A stretch of DNA of 63,572 nucleotides, counting the filler. It is 3 parts of 3 records of this genome, joined end to end, with 100 filler letters (N's around TTAATTAATTAA, not from the genome) between each part and the next. Parts side by side here need not be neighbours in the genome. Positions count along the whole stretch, not along the records: positions 16,613 to 35,431 come from SRR20825010_1428; 2 more parts are not named here. One strand, given 5' to 3'. The notes under the pieces are model-generated. The model did no database searches, was not told where the DNA came from, and saw only the letters and a list, made by a program, of their open reading frames with translations. The translations under genes and the position numbers were made by a program. Shown piece after piece: positions 18,249 through 29,200 of the stretch. The stretch's first letter is position 1; each line of letters begins with the position of its first letter.

Positions 18249-19955
18249 TTATGCTTCTATAGGAGGATTTTTAAGAAGACGATCAAAACCTTCCAATATT
18301 GTAGCCAATACTATTATTAGGCAACATCCGAAAGCATTTAACCACAAATAGGACATCCAATCGTAACTCCAACCAATAATTACGATGCACTGTGTTATTA
18401 AGGCTGCTACAAAAACCGCATTGCCCTTTATAAATTTAAAAAAGAAGGCGATCAGAAAAATACCTAGAACATTCCCATAAAAAATAGACCCTATAATATT
18501 GACCAATTGAATGAGATTATCAAATAGGTTGGCCACACAAGCAATTGCAATGGCTACAGCGCCCCACATAAGGGTAAATAACTTTGATACCTTTACATAA
18601 TGTGCCTGTGTAAATTCACCTTTCTTATTTCGTTTGTACAAATCCAAAGATGTAACCGTTCCCAAAGCATTTAATTCAGAGGCGGTTGAGGACATTGCAG
18701 CTGAAAGTATCACAGCCAATAAAAGACCAATAAGTCCTTTGGGCAGAAAATTTAAAATAAAATGAATAAAAACATAATCTTTGTCATTTGTCTCTACACT
18801 TTCATCGGCCATAGAAATTAGTGCTTGGGCCGCCTGCCTATTTTCCTTATCCTTATTGTTAATACTTACAATGTGTTGTTTGGCATCTTCAATGGCATCG
18901 TACTCCTTAAGATCAAGGGCTCCGGAAAATTTATTCTGGGCCATTCTTTTTTCACTCTCCAAAACCAAATGTTCTTCTTCCAATATCTTATAGTCTTCCG
19001 AATAGGAAGATTCCATTATGGCATTGGTAGCAGCCGGATTAAAGTTTAAAGGAGAATGGTTGAATTGAAAAAAAATAAATACCATTACTCCCACTAGTAA
19101 AATAAAGAATTGCATTGGTATTTTTAGCAATCCATTGAAAATTAATCCAAGTTGACTTTCCCTCACAGTTTTTCCGGAGAGATATCTTTGCACCTGACTC
19201 TGGTCCGTCCCAAAGTAGGCCAAGGCAAGAAAAAGTCCACCTGTAATTCCGCTCCAAAAGGTATAACGGCTTGTGGTATTGACGCTAAAGTCCAAAATAT
19301 TCAATTTATCACTTGCCCCGGCAATTTTCAGGGCCTTGCTAAAAGTAATGTCCTCCGGTAAATAACCAAGTATAAAAAAGAATGCGATAAACATTCCTGT
19401 CATTATAATAAACATTTGTTGTTTATGTGTAACACTCACAGCCCTGGTACCACCAGAAACTGTATAAATGATAACAAGGATACCTATAAGAATATTTAAG
19501 GTTTTTAAGTCCCAGCCCAATACAGCGGAAAGAATAATTGAAGGAGCAAAAATGGTAATCCCGGCAGCAAGACCGCGTTGAATTAAAAATAACAATGCTG
19601 CCAGGGTCCTTGTTTTAAGGTCGAAGCGGTTTTCCAAAAATTCATAGGCGGTATATACATTAAGCCTGTGATATATGGGAACAAAAACAAGACATATTAT
19701 AATCATGGCCAATGGCAGGCCAAAATAAAACTGAACAAACCCCATTCCATCATGAAAGGCCTGTCCGGGAGTGGACAAAAATGTAATGGCACTGGCCTGG
19801 GTTGCCATTACGGATAGTCCTATGGTCCACCATTTGGCATCGTGACCACCAAGAACATAGTCCGTTACATTCTTACTTCCCTTTGTTCTCCAAACACCAT
19901 ATCCAACAATGAACATAAGGGTTCCGACAAGTATGATCCAATCTATTGCAGCCAT
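18249..19955 (-). CDS. Sodium:solute symporter
   Basis: Multiple TMs; GTDQSQVQRYL and AAMSS motifs. Confidence 0.93.
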   Translation of the reverse strand: MAAIDWIILVGTLMFIVGYGVWRTKGSKNVTDYVLGGHDAKWWTIGLSVMATQASAITFLSTPGQAFHDGMGFVQFYFGLPLAMIIICLVFVPIYHRLNVYTAYEFLENRFDLKTRTLAALLFLIQRGLAAGITIFAPSIILSAVLGWDLKTLNILIGILVIIYTVSGGTRAVSVTHKQQMFIIMTGMFIAFFFILGYLPEDITFSKALKIAGASDKLNILDFSVNTTSRYTFWSGITGGLFLALAYFGTDQSQVQRYLSGKTVRESQLGLIFNGLLKIPMQFFILLVGVMVFIFFQFNHSPLNFNPAATNAIMESSYSEDYKILEEEHLVLESEKRMAQNKFSGALDLKEYDAIEDAKQHIVSINNKDKENRQAAQALISMADESVETNDKDYVFIHFILNFLPKGLIGLLLAVILSAAMSSTASELNALGTVTSLDLYKRNKKGEFTQAHYVKVSKLFTLMWGAVAIAIACVANLFDNLIQLVNIIGSIFYGNVLGIFLIAFFFKFIKGNAVFVAALITQCIVIIGWSYDWMSYLWLNAFGCCLIIVLATILEGFDRLLKNPPIEA

Positions 19956-19956
19956 T

Positions 19957-20058
19957 TTATCGGTTTCCGGTCATTATTAAATAAAAAACAATTATGTAGA
20001 TAATATTGAGCACTATTACTAGCGTATACTCTTTTTTCCAATCAAATTTCTCGAACAT
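19957..20058 (-). CDS. Small single-TM protein upstream of the SSS gene (33 aa)
   Basis: MFEKFDWKKEYTLVIVLNIIYIIVFYLIMTGNR*; stop lies 1 nt before the symporter ATG; below the track cutoff. Confidence 0.7.
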   Translation of the reverse strand: MFEKFDWKKEYTLVIVLNIIYIIVFYLIMTGNR

Positions 20059-20080
20059 AACTATTCTTGTTATTTGTTTT

Positions 20081-22591
20081 TTACTTTTGGCTTTCCTGTT
20101 GTAGGGAAAGCATATTGGCAAACAGTCTATAAGCACCTGTTACACCGGCCGGTAATTCCCTGAAAAAGCTTAATCCCGTATAAATATAGTTCCCCTTACC
20201 GTATGGTGCAACTAAAAGGCTACCAGATAAAGCTGGTTCCCCTTCATCGTTCATTGAAAGTATAGGAGTAAACTCCTTGGACCATTGATCTGGAAAATAC
20301 AGACCACGTTCCTGTACCCAGCCATTAAAATCGTTTTGGGTTATTTTATTTGGATAATTTACAAGGGGATGCGTTTTGGCCAGTATGCTTACATTGGAGG
20401 TTTCATCGGTTACCCTGTCACGGCTAATGGATAAGGGGTAGGGGGCAAGGTTTTCCATGTCCAATCCATTTCTGCCAGCTGTGTTGTACTGAATAATCAA
20501 ATTACCGCCCTCCTTTACATAATCCAATAAATAACGCTGCTTAAATTTTAATTCATCCACTACATTGTAGGCCCTTATGCCAACAACAATAGCATCAAAC
20601 TTGGCCAAGGATCCGGCTTGTATAGCTGTTGGGTCTATTTTTTCAACCTTATATCCAATTTGTATCAGACTTTCGGGAATTTCATCACCAGCCCCGTTTA
20701 TATATCCTATGTTTTCTCCATTCTTATTAATGTCCAGTCGAACCACTTTGGTTTCGGAAGGCATGAGCACCGATTGTTTGGGGATATGGTCATAGGATAT
20801 TTCTATCAATTCTTTGGATATTTCCTTGCCATCCACCTTAATAATGGGGGAGATAAAATTTTCATCTTCAGTTGAAGGTGGGGTTAAGACAAAATGTAAT
20901 ATTCGTTGGTCACCTTTTTTTCCTATTTCAAAAGGTTTTATTTCCTGATCAACTTTCCAACCTTTTCCAAAACACAGCTGCAGTTCCCCCTTAACATTAT
21001 CTTTAAGTGCTTTTATTGTAACCGGAATTTCCTTGGGTCCGGAGTTGGCAAAAATGATCACCTTATCCTTGAAACTAGCTGTAGCCTCCGGCAATATTTC
21101 AAAAGGTTGATATATTTCCCCTTTTTCAGGTTTGGAATATCTGTATACAATTGGTTTTTTAATATTTATGGTAAATCCGAGGAATTCCATTTCAAAATTC
21201 ACCTCAAAGGCATGGGGGGTTTCCGGTTTACCAATTAGATTTTGGTCCTTTACCATATACATTCCCGTAGTGCCTTTACTGTTTAACCAATATGGACTAG
21301 TGTATTCCTTATTGCTAGGAACATTTAGATTTATTTGGAACAATTCCTTTTTGTTTTCCTTTAGGGCTATATTTTTATTTATACTATTATCCGAGCCAGT
21401 GGAAACTGTTAACAGATTGATATTGGCATTGCTTCTGTTCAGTGCTTCAATATGAATATCAATAGTACTTCCGGGATAAGTGTTGGATTCTGAGGCGGTT
21501 GCTTCCAAATAAAGTCCACATACCGATTGGATAATATCCTCCAACTCCTTTTTCTTGATTTCCTTCCAATGCCCGTCCTGCAATTTCAAAATGGCCTTAT
21601 ACCCTTCAATAAGTTGTGGCAAGTGTTTTGACGGTTGGGCAAAATCAAAATTTCTTTCAATTTCATATAAAATTTTCCCAACTGTCTCACCACCTTCAAC
21701 GCGTGACCAAGTAGTATTTATTCCGTCGAAAATATCGGATTTGTCTTTTGGGAGGTCGCCCTTTAAAAGTTCTATATACTCGTTCTCACTGCCTCGTGTA
21801 GCCAATCTTCCAAAACCTTGGCACAAATGCTGGCTACTGGCAAGTGATGCTATTTCGTTGTTTGAAACTCCCCTTAACGGATAGTAGACCCCAACATCCA
21901 GATCGATCATTTTGGATTTGTCCGCTTTTTGAAATTTATCCTCACTGCCGTAAAACCACCAAGAGGTATTAAAAAAAAGTCGTTTTGGTTGCCATACCTC
22001 CGTGCTTTTTAATTGTTCCGGATATATATTTGGATTGTTGGTCAAATCGAAGGCCTCATAGCTCAGCATGGCAGAAGAGGTGTGGTGACCGTGGGTAGAC
22101 CCTGGTGATCTGTGGTCAAATCTATTGATAATAACATCTGGTTTAAAATTGCGTATAATCCAGACCACGTCGCTTAACACCTCCTCTTTGTTCCAGATCT
22201 TAAGGGTTTCATTCGGGTGCTTGGAGTAGCCAAAATCATTGGCCCTTGTAAAAAATTGTTCTCCGCCATCAATACGCCTCGCGGCCAACAATTCCTGTGT
22301 TCTTAATACTCCCAGTAACTCCCTAAGCTCGGAACCTATCAAATTTTGGCCTCCATCCCCGCGGGTTAGCGATAAGTAGGCCGTTTTAGCCTTTACTTCA
22401 TTGGAAAGATAGGAAATTAGTCGTGTATTTTCATCATCGGGATGAGCAGCAATATATAGTGCCGAACCCAAAAAATTTAATTTTTGAATGGAATGAAAAA
22501 TGTCCGAAGATGTATTTTTTTTTGGTGCTTGAGCGTCAATAAGTTGGCATGAGAGTAGTATCCCAAATAAGAATACCCAAGGAAGGCGCAT
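20081..22591 (-). CDS. Secreted PIG-L/LmbE family deacetylase with extra C-terminal domains
   Basis: AHPDDE, TRGDGGQN and HGHH motifs; signal peptide. Confidence 0.9.
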   Translation of the reverse strand: MRLPWVFLFGILLSCQLIDAQAPKKNTSSDIFHSIQKLNFLGSALYIAAHPDDENTRLISYLSNEVKAKTAYLSLTRGDGGQNLIGSELRELLGVLRTQELLAARRIDGGEQFFTRANDFGYSKHPNETLKIWNKEEVLSDVVWIIRNFKPDVIINRFDHRSPGSTHGHHTSSAMLSYEAFDLTNNPNIYPEQLKSTEVWQPKRLFFNTSWWFYGSEDKFQKADKSKMIDLDVGVYYPLRGVSNNEIASLASSQHLCQGFGRLATRGSENEYIELLKGDLPKDKSDIFDGINTTWSRVEGGETVGKILYEIERNFDFAQPSKHLPQLIEGYKAILKLQDGHWKEIKKKELEDIIQSVCGLYLEATASESNTYPGSTIDIHIEALNRSNANINLLTVSTGSDNSINKNIALKENKKELFQINLNVPSNKEYTSPYWLNSKGTTGMYMVKDQNLIGKPETPHAFEVNFEMEFLGFTINIKKPIVYRYSKPEKGEIYQPFEILPEATASFKDKVIIFANSGPKEIPVTIKALKDNVKGELQLCFGKGWKVDQEIKPFEIGKKGDQRILHFVLTPPSTEDENFISPIIKVDGKEISKELIEISYDHIPKQSVLMPSETKVVRLDINKNGENIGYINGAGDEIPESLIQIGYKVEKIDPTAIQAGSLAKFDAIVVGIRAYNVVDELKFKQRYLLDYVKEGGNLIIQYNTAGRNGLDMENLAPYPLSISRDRVTDETSNVSILAKTHPLVNYPNKITQNDFNGWVQERGLYFPDQWSKEFTPILSMNDEGEPALSGSLLVAPYGKGNYIYTGLSFFRELPAGVTGAYRLFANMLSLQQESQK

Positions 22592-22669
22592 ATAATTTAT
22601 GTTTTAGTTGGTTCCCAAATATAAAGATATAAAATCCGTGGCTGTAATTTTTACAACTACTTTAACAAC

Positions 22670-23218
22670 TTAAAGAACATCGCTGCTTTCCAAGGAGTCT
22701 TCATAGGTTTGTGCCAAAGCTATGGCTTTCTGAAGCATCATATTATTGGGGTAGGTAAAAAGCTCTCCATTATTCCTTCTGAGATGCACATGAAAGGCCC
22801 TTATATCCTCTATAAGATAAACTTCATTGGGCAATTCAATTTCCTTGTCCATTATTTTTATCTTATCCCCGATCTTAAACGGAAATGAAAAAAATAGTAT
22901 AACCCCAGCAGTAACATTGCTCAATATGGACCATTGAGCAAAAAGGGCCACCCCTATAACGGCAAAAACTGAAGAAAAAACCAGGCCGATATCCTTCATT
23001 TGTACTCCCCAAATCAGAATCAAGGCAACTATTCCAAAAGCAGAAAGTCCAACAGTGGAGTATTTTACGATCAAGCGCGTACGTACCTCATTAATATCAC
23101 TTATTTTACCAACTTTTTGAATTGCTTTGGTACCCAAATACTTTAATATCAAGAGGACCAATAAACATATACCAGTGCCTAAAAGTTCATTTTTGTACTC
23201 CAAATAAAATGTTTCCAT
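22670..23218 (-). CDS. mscS: Small mechanosensitive channel family protein
   Basis: Three TMs, then LSNVTAG and PFKIGD. Confidence 0.8.
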   Translation of the reverse strand: METFYLEYKNELLGTGICLLVLLILKYLGTKAIQKVGKISDINEVRTRLIVKYSTVGLSAFGIVALILIWGVQMKDIGLVFSSVFAVIGVALFAQWSILSNVTAGVILFFSFPFKIGDKIKIMDKEIELPNEVYLIEDIRAFHVHLRRNNGELFTYPNNMMLQKAIALAQTYEDSLESSDVL

Positions 23219-23223
23219 AGCAA

Positions 23224-24174
23224 TTATAATCCTAAACTGTCGCGCAAAAATACATCACTATTTTTGTTTTCCTGCCAATAAGCCCTTTTTAATGTTTTTA
23301 TTTTTGTTGCCGTGGAAGTAAGTGTCTGTGAATTGGGGCCAAACCCACTTTTATATGTTTCGGACCAATTTTCAATGGTATGTGGGAAGGATTTGGAAAA
23401 GCTGATTTCCAAAGTTCTTTCCAAATCTGGATAGGTAATTTTGTAGGTATTAAGAGTTGCTTCAGTATTTAATTCTGCTTGGGCTTCATAGGCTTTTACT
23501 TGTTTGTGTGCCAAACGTAAATATTCCATAGAGGGAACCATTTTTACATTACCTATAGGAAGATTGTTGGGGTTGACCCTTATTTTGTTCCAAATCTCGT
23601 TTTCCAAATCCGTTTTGTCCAATGTTATGGTCTGATCCCCTTCACTTTCAAAATAAGAAAAGGAATTCACCTCAAATTTATCCCTGTTGTTCAACTGGGC
23701 AAATACCTGGCCGCACCATTCCTGAACGGAGGTGGTAAGTTTTATGGCATGTTGATTATCCGATACGGGAAAAAAACTGCTGCTCATTATAGAGTAGGGG
23801 TAGATACCTGTTAAGAAGTTTTTGGTACTGTTTAGTTTTAGTACAGATATATTGTTGGGGTTGGATTGATCGGCCTTCACCTGTTTGTCCGCCAAAAAAG
23901 GCTCGGTAACGTATATTAAAACCGCACTTCCGTCCCTAAGTTCACCATAGCGGGCCTGTTCCAATTTATAAGAAGTTATTTCGGCCTTCCCCGCAAACCA
24001 ATATTCTTTGAACTCCTCGGATAAGGGAGTTTTTATTGGTTTAGTCTTGGACATTTTCATGTCATTTTCTGCTGGGGAAATGTTTTCGGATTCTTTAGCA
24101 TTTTCCTTACAAGCGCTAAAAAGAACCATAAATAATAGTATATGTACAAAAATGAAGGTAAACAGACGTTGCAT
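23224..24174 (-). CDS. Conserved hypothetical lipoprotein
   Basis: Lipobox FSA-C; YWFAGKAE, QARYGE and QEWCGQ segments. Confidence 0.7.
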   Translation of the reverse strand: MQRLFTFIFVHILLFMVLFSACKENAKESENISPAENDMKMSKTKPIKTPLSEEFKEYWFAGKAEITSYKLEQARYGELRDGSAVLIYVTEPFLADKQVKADQSNPNNISVLKLNSTKNFLTGIYPYSIMSSSFFPVSDNQHAIKLTTSVQEWCGQVFAQLNNRDKFEVNSFSYFESEGDQTITLDKTDLENEIWNKIRVNPNNLPIGNVKMVPSMEYLRLAHKQVKAYEAQAELNTEATLNTYKITYPDLERTLEISFSKSFPHTIENWSETYKSGFGPNSQTLTSTATKIKTLKRAYWQENKNSDVFLRDSLGL

Positions 24175-24209
24175 AGAAATTAAATTTTCCTAAAATTATT
24201 CAAAATAAC

Positions 24210-24797
24210 CTAGCCCACCATGGCCATTAACGTTTTGTAAACCAATTGGGTTGGCAGGCCTACCACATTGGTATAGGATCCCTGGATCTCTTCAATTCCA
24301 ATAAGACCTATCCAATCCTGAATGCCATAGCCCCCAGCTTTATCGAAAGGGTTATAGTTTCGGATATAGTGGTCCATCTCCCAATGACTCAATTCCTTGA
24401 ATTTTACCCTGGTACATTGATTCACAGTTTGTTGACTTTTGTTCGTTGTTAAACAAACGGAGGTAATTACTTCGTGCCAATCGTTGGAAAGTGTCTTTAA
24501 CATGGAAAAGGCTTCGTCAAGATCGGCAGGTTTGGCCAAAGAGATACCGTTATGCCAAACCACGGTATCGGAAGTTATGAGGATATCCCTGTTCTCCAAT
24601 CTTTTTTCATATCCAGCAGCCTTTAATTCTGCCAGATAATCTGAAATTTGTGGGCCCTGTAGATGATCGGGATATATTTCGTTTACATGTATCGGATGTA
24701 CTATAAAATCTATTTCCATTTCCTTAAAGAACTGCTGTCTTCTAGGAGAGGCCGAAGCTAGTATAACCTTATATTCCTTTAATTTTTTATTGGACAT
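24210..24797 (-). CDS. maf: Maf family nucleoside triphosphate pyrophosphatase
   Basis: ILASASPRR, DKAGGYGIQ and NVVGLP motifs. Confidence 0.95.
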   Translation of the reverse strand: MSNKKLKEYKVILASASPRRQQFFKEMEIDFIVHPIHVNEIYPDHLQGPQISDYLAELKAAGYEKRLENRDILITSDTVVWHNGISLAKPADLDEAFSMLKTLSNDWHEVITSVCLTTNKSQQTVNQCTRVKFKELSHWEMDHYIRNYNPFDKAGGYGIQDWIGLIGIEEIQGSYTNVVGLPTQLVYKTLMAMVG

Positions 24798-24800
24798 ACT

Positions 24801-25328
24801 TTAGTCGTTCTTGGCGCTGAAATTTTCGGCCCAATGCCCTCTCACTTTCAATACCTGTTCAATTACGTCCCTTACACATCCATCACCACCATACTTGTGG
24901 GAAATGTATTTGGACATTGCCTTTACTTCTGGTACCGCATTTTGTGGGCAACAAGGAATACCTGCCAATCTCATTGGGGGAATATCTGGAATGTCATCAC
25001 CCATATAAAGAACATGCTGTGGGTTTATATTGTAAATATCTAAATATTCGTCAAAAGGGTCTATTTTATGATGTGCCCCCATGTGTATATCGGTAACTCC
25101 CAAGCCCCTTAAACGCAATCTTACGCCTTCGTTGGTACCACCGGAAATAATACAGATATTATATCCTTGTTGAATGGCCACCTTTACGGCATAACCATCT
25201 TGGACGTTCATGGTTCTTAACATTTCTCCATCAGAGGTGATCAAAATTTTTCCATCCGTAAATACCCCATCCACATCAAATACAAAAGTGGTTATGTCCT
25301 GAAGCAGTTCCTTATAACTTTTGTCCAT
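24801..25328 (-). CDS. kdsC: KDO 8-phosphate phosphatase-like HAD hydrolase
   Basis: FDVDGVFTDG, MGDDIPD and GGDGCVR motifs. Confidence 0.9.
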   Translation of the reverse strand: MDKSYKELLQDITTFVFDVDGVFTDGKILITSDGEMLRTMNVQDGYAVKVAIQQGYNICIISGGTNEGVRLRLRGLGVTDIHMGAHHKIDPFDEYLDIYNINPQHVLYMGDDIPDIPPMRLAGIPCCPQNAVPEVKAMSKYISHKYGGDGCVRDVIEQVLKVRGHWAENFSAKND

Positions 25329-26076
25329 ATTTTTCTCCTATCAATTTGCTTAACAAGCTGTAAATATCCTGATTATTTTTATTCTTTAACAGAATTAAAT
25401 GGCTTTCCATAGTCTTAGCATCATTTCTTTTCGCCGGTCCGGTTTGGGCATCGAAAGGAGCTAGATAATCCAATTTATTCACGGTTTCCTTAATCAAAGG
25501 GTTTAGCATGGAAAATGGCAAATTATGTTCCGTACATATATCATGGCCGATCGTAAAAAGATAATTGGTAAAATTATTTACAAAAACTGCAGCTAAGTGA
25601 AGCGATTTCCGTTGGTCGCTAGTAATCTCATGTACTTCCAAAGTGATGAGTCCTGCCAATTTCCTTAAAAGGTGCATATCTCCCTTATGTTCAGCTTCTA
25701 GGCAGATAGGAACCTTTTTAAAATCGATTGTTTTGCCTTCACTAAAAGTTTGCAGTGGATAAAAGACTCCTCTATTGTTTAGCTGTCCAAGCGATTTTAA
25801 GGTTACACTTCCAGACGTATGGACTACTATTCCCTCTTTCTCCTTTAGATAAGGTGCTACCAGCGCAATGGCATCATCGCTCACGGCAATCATATAAATA
25901 TCGGCGTCCGCAATTTGGGTGAAATCCGTTCCAGTAGAAACCTTATCCTTAAAATGGGCCAGGTGGCCTTCGTTCCGACCAATTACCTGTAACATATTTA
26001 TTTCATCAACACCTAAAAAGGCATCGAACAAATGTTTGGCAACATTGCCAGTTCCCAATAATACAATAGATATCAT
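25312..26076 (-). CDS. Rossmann-like + DUF2520 domain protein
   Basis: GTGNVA, HTSG, YPLQTFS, QTGPAKR; ATG at 26076. Confidence 0.85.
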   Translation of the reverse strand: MISIVLLGTGNVAKHLFDAFLGVDEINMLQVIGRNEGHLAHFKDKVSTGTDFTQIADADIYMIAVSDDAIALVAPYLKEKEGIVVHTSGSVTLKSLGQLNNRGVFYPLQTFSEGKTIDFKKVPICLEAEHKGDMHLLRKLAGLITLEVHEITSDQRKSLHLAAVFVNNFTNYLFTIGHDICTEHNLPFSMLNPLIKETVNKLDYLAPFDAQTGPAKRNDAKTMESHLILLKNKNNQDIYSLLSKLIGEKYGQKL

Positions 26077-26253
26077 AGTCAAAAGTAATTATTAAATCAA
26101 AATTATGGGATGCTGCCCGATAAGTTTTTTAATAATCTGTTCCCAAGTTAGATGTTTAAAAAAGGGAGTTTAGTAGTTTGAAATCTCAAAAATTTTATTA
26201 ACGGGGTTTATTCAATTAACAAAAGATTTAATAATTAAACCCTTATAAAAATG

Positions 26254-26261
26254 TATTTTTG
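26254..26261 (+). promoter_or_regulatory. Bacteroidota -7 promoter element for ccsA
   Basis: TATTTTTG 30 nt upstream of the ATG. Confidence 0.5.
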
Positions 26262-26290
26262 CATGCTTAAATCAAACCTTTCTTGCCAAA

Positions 26291-29200
26291 ATGATTGAAC
26301 TCCTTAAAAAAATCTTCTTTTCCACACGTTTAACGGCCGTTTTATTTATTGTTTTTGCTACTGCCATGGCCTTTGGGACATTTATTGAAAGCTGGTACAG
26401 TACGGAAACCGCGAGAATTTGGATATATAATACCACATGGTTCGAGGCCATCATGGTATTTTTTGTCATCAATTTTGTTGGGAATATTGCTCGTTATAAT
26501 CTGTTAAGAAAGGAAAAATGGGCAGTACTTATTTTACACCTCTCTTGGATTTTAATTATTCTTGGGGCATTTGTTACCCGTTACATAAGCTTCGAAGGTA
26601 TGATGCCAATCAGGGAAGGTAATACGGAGAATGTTTTTTATTCGGACAAAACCTACCTCACAGTTTATGTGGATGGGGAAATAGACAACGAGCCCAAACG
26701 GAAGATATTGGAGGACGATATATTGGTTACCTCTGAAGCTATCAAATCCAATTTACCCTGGAATTCCGATTTTAACGGACAACCATTTACCATTTCCTAT
26801 GTGGGCTTTATTGATGGGGCAAAAGAAGGTTTGGTCGAAGATTCCAATGGAAAGGAATATTTAAAGATTGTAGAGGCAGGTGATGGACAACGTCATGAGC
26901 ATTATTTGGAAAGTGGAGAAGTAAGCAGCATCCATAATGTGCTGTTTTCCTTGAACAAGATGACCGAAGGAGCTATCAATATTATTGAGTCTGATGGTAA
27001 TTATCAAATAAAATCGCCCTTTGAAGGGCAATTTATGAGAATGGCCGATCAGTTGCAGGGAGAATTACTGAAAGATAGTCTACAAACGCTGCAATTAAGA
27101 TCCCTGTACACCACTGCGGGCATGCAATTCGTAATTCCTGAGCCTGTTATCAAGGGGTCTTATGGAGTTATTGCCATTCCTGAGAATGAAAAAACTGAGA
27201 ATGACCTTGATGCCTTGATCGTGGATATTAGCAGCAATGGCGAAACAGTACGCAAAAAATTATTGGGAGCAAAGGGCATGGCCAATTTTTCCGGGGAATT
27301 TGAGCTAGGAGGATTATCCTTTAATATGTCCTATGGATCTAAAGTGTACACCTTACCTTTTGGAATTAAATTAAACGATTTTATTGCCGAAAAGCATCCG
27401 GGAACTGAGAAGAGCTATGCTTCTTTTATGAGCAAGGTTACCATTGAGGACGAACGTCCTTTTGATTATGACATATATATGAACCATATATTGGACCACA
27501 AGGGGTATCGTTTTTTTCAAGCTAGTTTTCACCCTGATGAAAAGGGCACCGTCTTGTCTGTAAACCACGACTTTTGGGGTACTTGGATAACTTATATTGG
27601 ATATTTTTTACTGTATGCCGGACTTATGGGTATTATGTTTTTTGGTAAGACAAGGTTTAAAAGCTTGGGTGCTTCTTTGGAAAAATTAAAAAATAAAAGG
27701 TCCAAACTGGCAGTTCTATTTATTCTGGGCAGCAGTCTAAATATGTTGGCACAGGAAAATGTGGAAGAAGATGGGCATACACATAATAATATGCCAACAC
27801 CCCAGCAGATAGATTCACTTTTGCATGTAATAACACCTTCCAAAGAACATGCGGCCAAGTTTTCAGAATTGGTCGTTCAGGATGCCGGAGGGCGTATGAA
27901 ACCAATAAATACTTTTTCCTCCGAACTGTTGAGAAAGCTTAGTCTCAAGGATAAGTATACCGATTTTAATTCCGATCAAGTATTTCTATCCATGATGTTG
28001 AATCCGGCAGCCTGGTACAATGCAGAATTTATAGCCTTGGACAAGAAAGGGGATAATGATAGCATTAGGAAGATTTTAGGGGTAGAACACGGTAGAAAGT
28101 ACATCAAGGCTACGGATTTTTTCAATGAAAAGGGGGAGTACAAGTTGACACCTTATCTACAGGAGGCCTACGCTACCAATACACCTAACCAATTTCAGAA
28201 AGACTTTAAAGCCTTGGATGAACGTTTGGTACTTTTGGATCAGGCATTGGGAGGAAAAATTGTAAAGATATTCCCTTTGCTGAATGACGAGAACAACAAA
28301 TGGATCTCTGCGGTGGAGTACAGGGCAGGGCAGTTCCAAGTATCGGATTCCCTTTATGCCAATTTCATAAAAAATGCCGTTCCCTTTTATTTAATGAGCC
28401 TGGAAAAGGCCGTTAGGAATGGCGACTATTCTGAAGCCGATAAATTGTTGGCCGCGTTCAAAAAGAACCAGGAAAATCACGGAAGTGAAGTATTGCCTTC
28501 GGAAAATAAGATTAAAGCAGAAATATTTTACAATAAAGCAGATATATATAATAAGCTTTATAAGTATTATGCCCTAGTTGGTCTGTTAATGTTTGTTCTC
28601 TTGGTATTCCAGATTATAAAGGATAGAAAGGCGCTTCGGTTCAGCATAGCCAGTATTAAAGTCTTAATTTATTTGTTTTTCATCCTGCACACGCTTGGAC
28701 TAATTATGAGATGGTATATTTCCGGGCATGCACCTTGGAGCGATGCCTATGAGAGTATCCTATATGTTTCCTGGGCAACTTTGGGTATGGGGCTGCTGTT
28801 CAGTAAAAAGAGTGATATGACGGTTGCTGCGGCTACTTTTGTGACCGCTATGTTATTGTGGATTGCCCACCAGAGTTGGGTAGATCCCTCCATTGCCAAT
28901 CTAGTCCCAGTGTTGGATAGTTATTGGTTAATGATACATGTTGCGGTAATTGTTGGTAGCTATGGTCCCCTCACCGTGGGTATGATCCTTGGGGTGGTGA
29001 GCCTTCTGCTTATCATAATGACCAACAACAAGAACAAAGAAAAAATGGATCTTAACATTAAGGAACTTACCATTATCAATGAACTTTCCTTAACGGTAGG
29101 CCTAGTTATGTTGACTATAGGTAATTTCTTGGGAGGGCAATGGGCCAATGAAAGTTGGGGTCGATATTGGGGATGGGATCCCAAGGAAACATGGGCTCTG

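Noticed and set aside
23224-24174. Possible second Maf protein
   Set aside because: No Maf motifs; it is a lipoprotein that merely neighbours maf.
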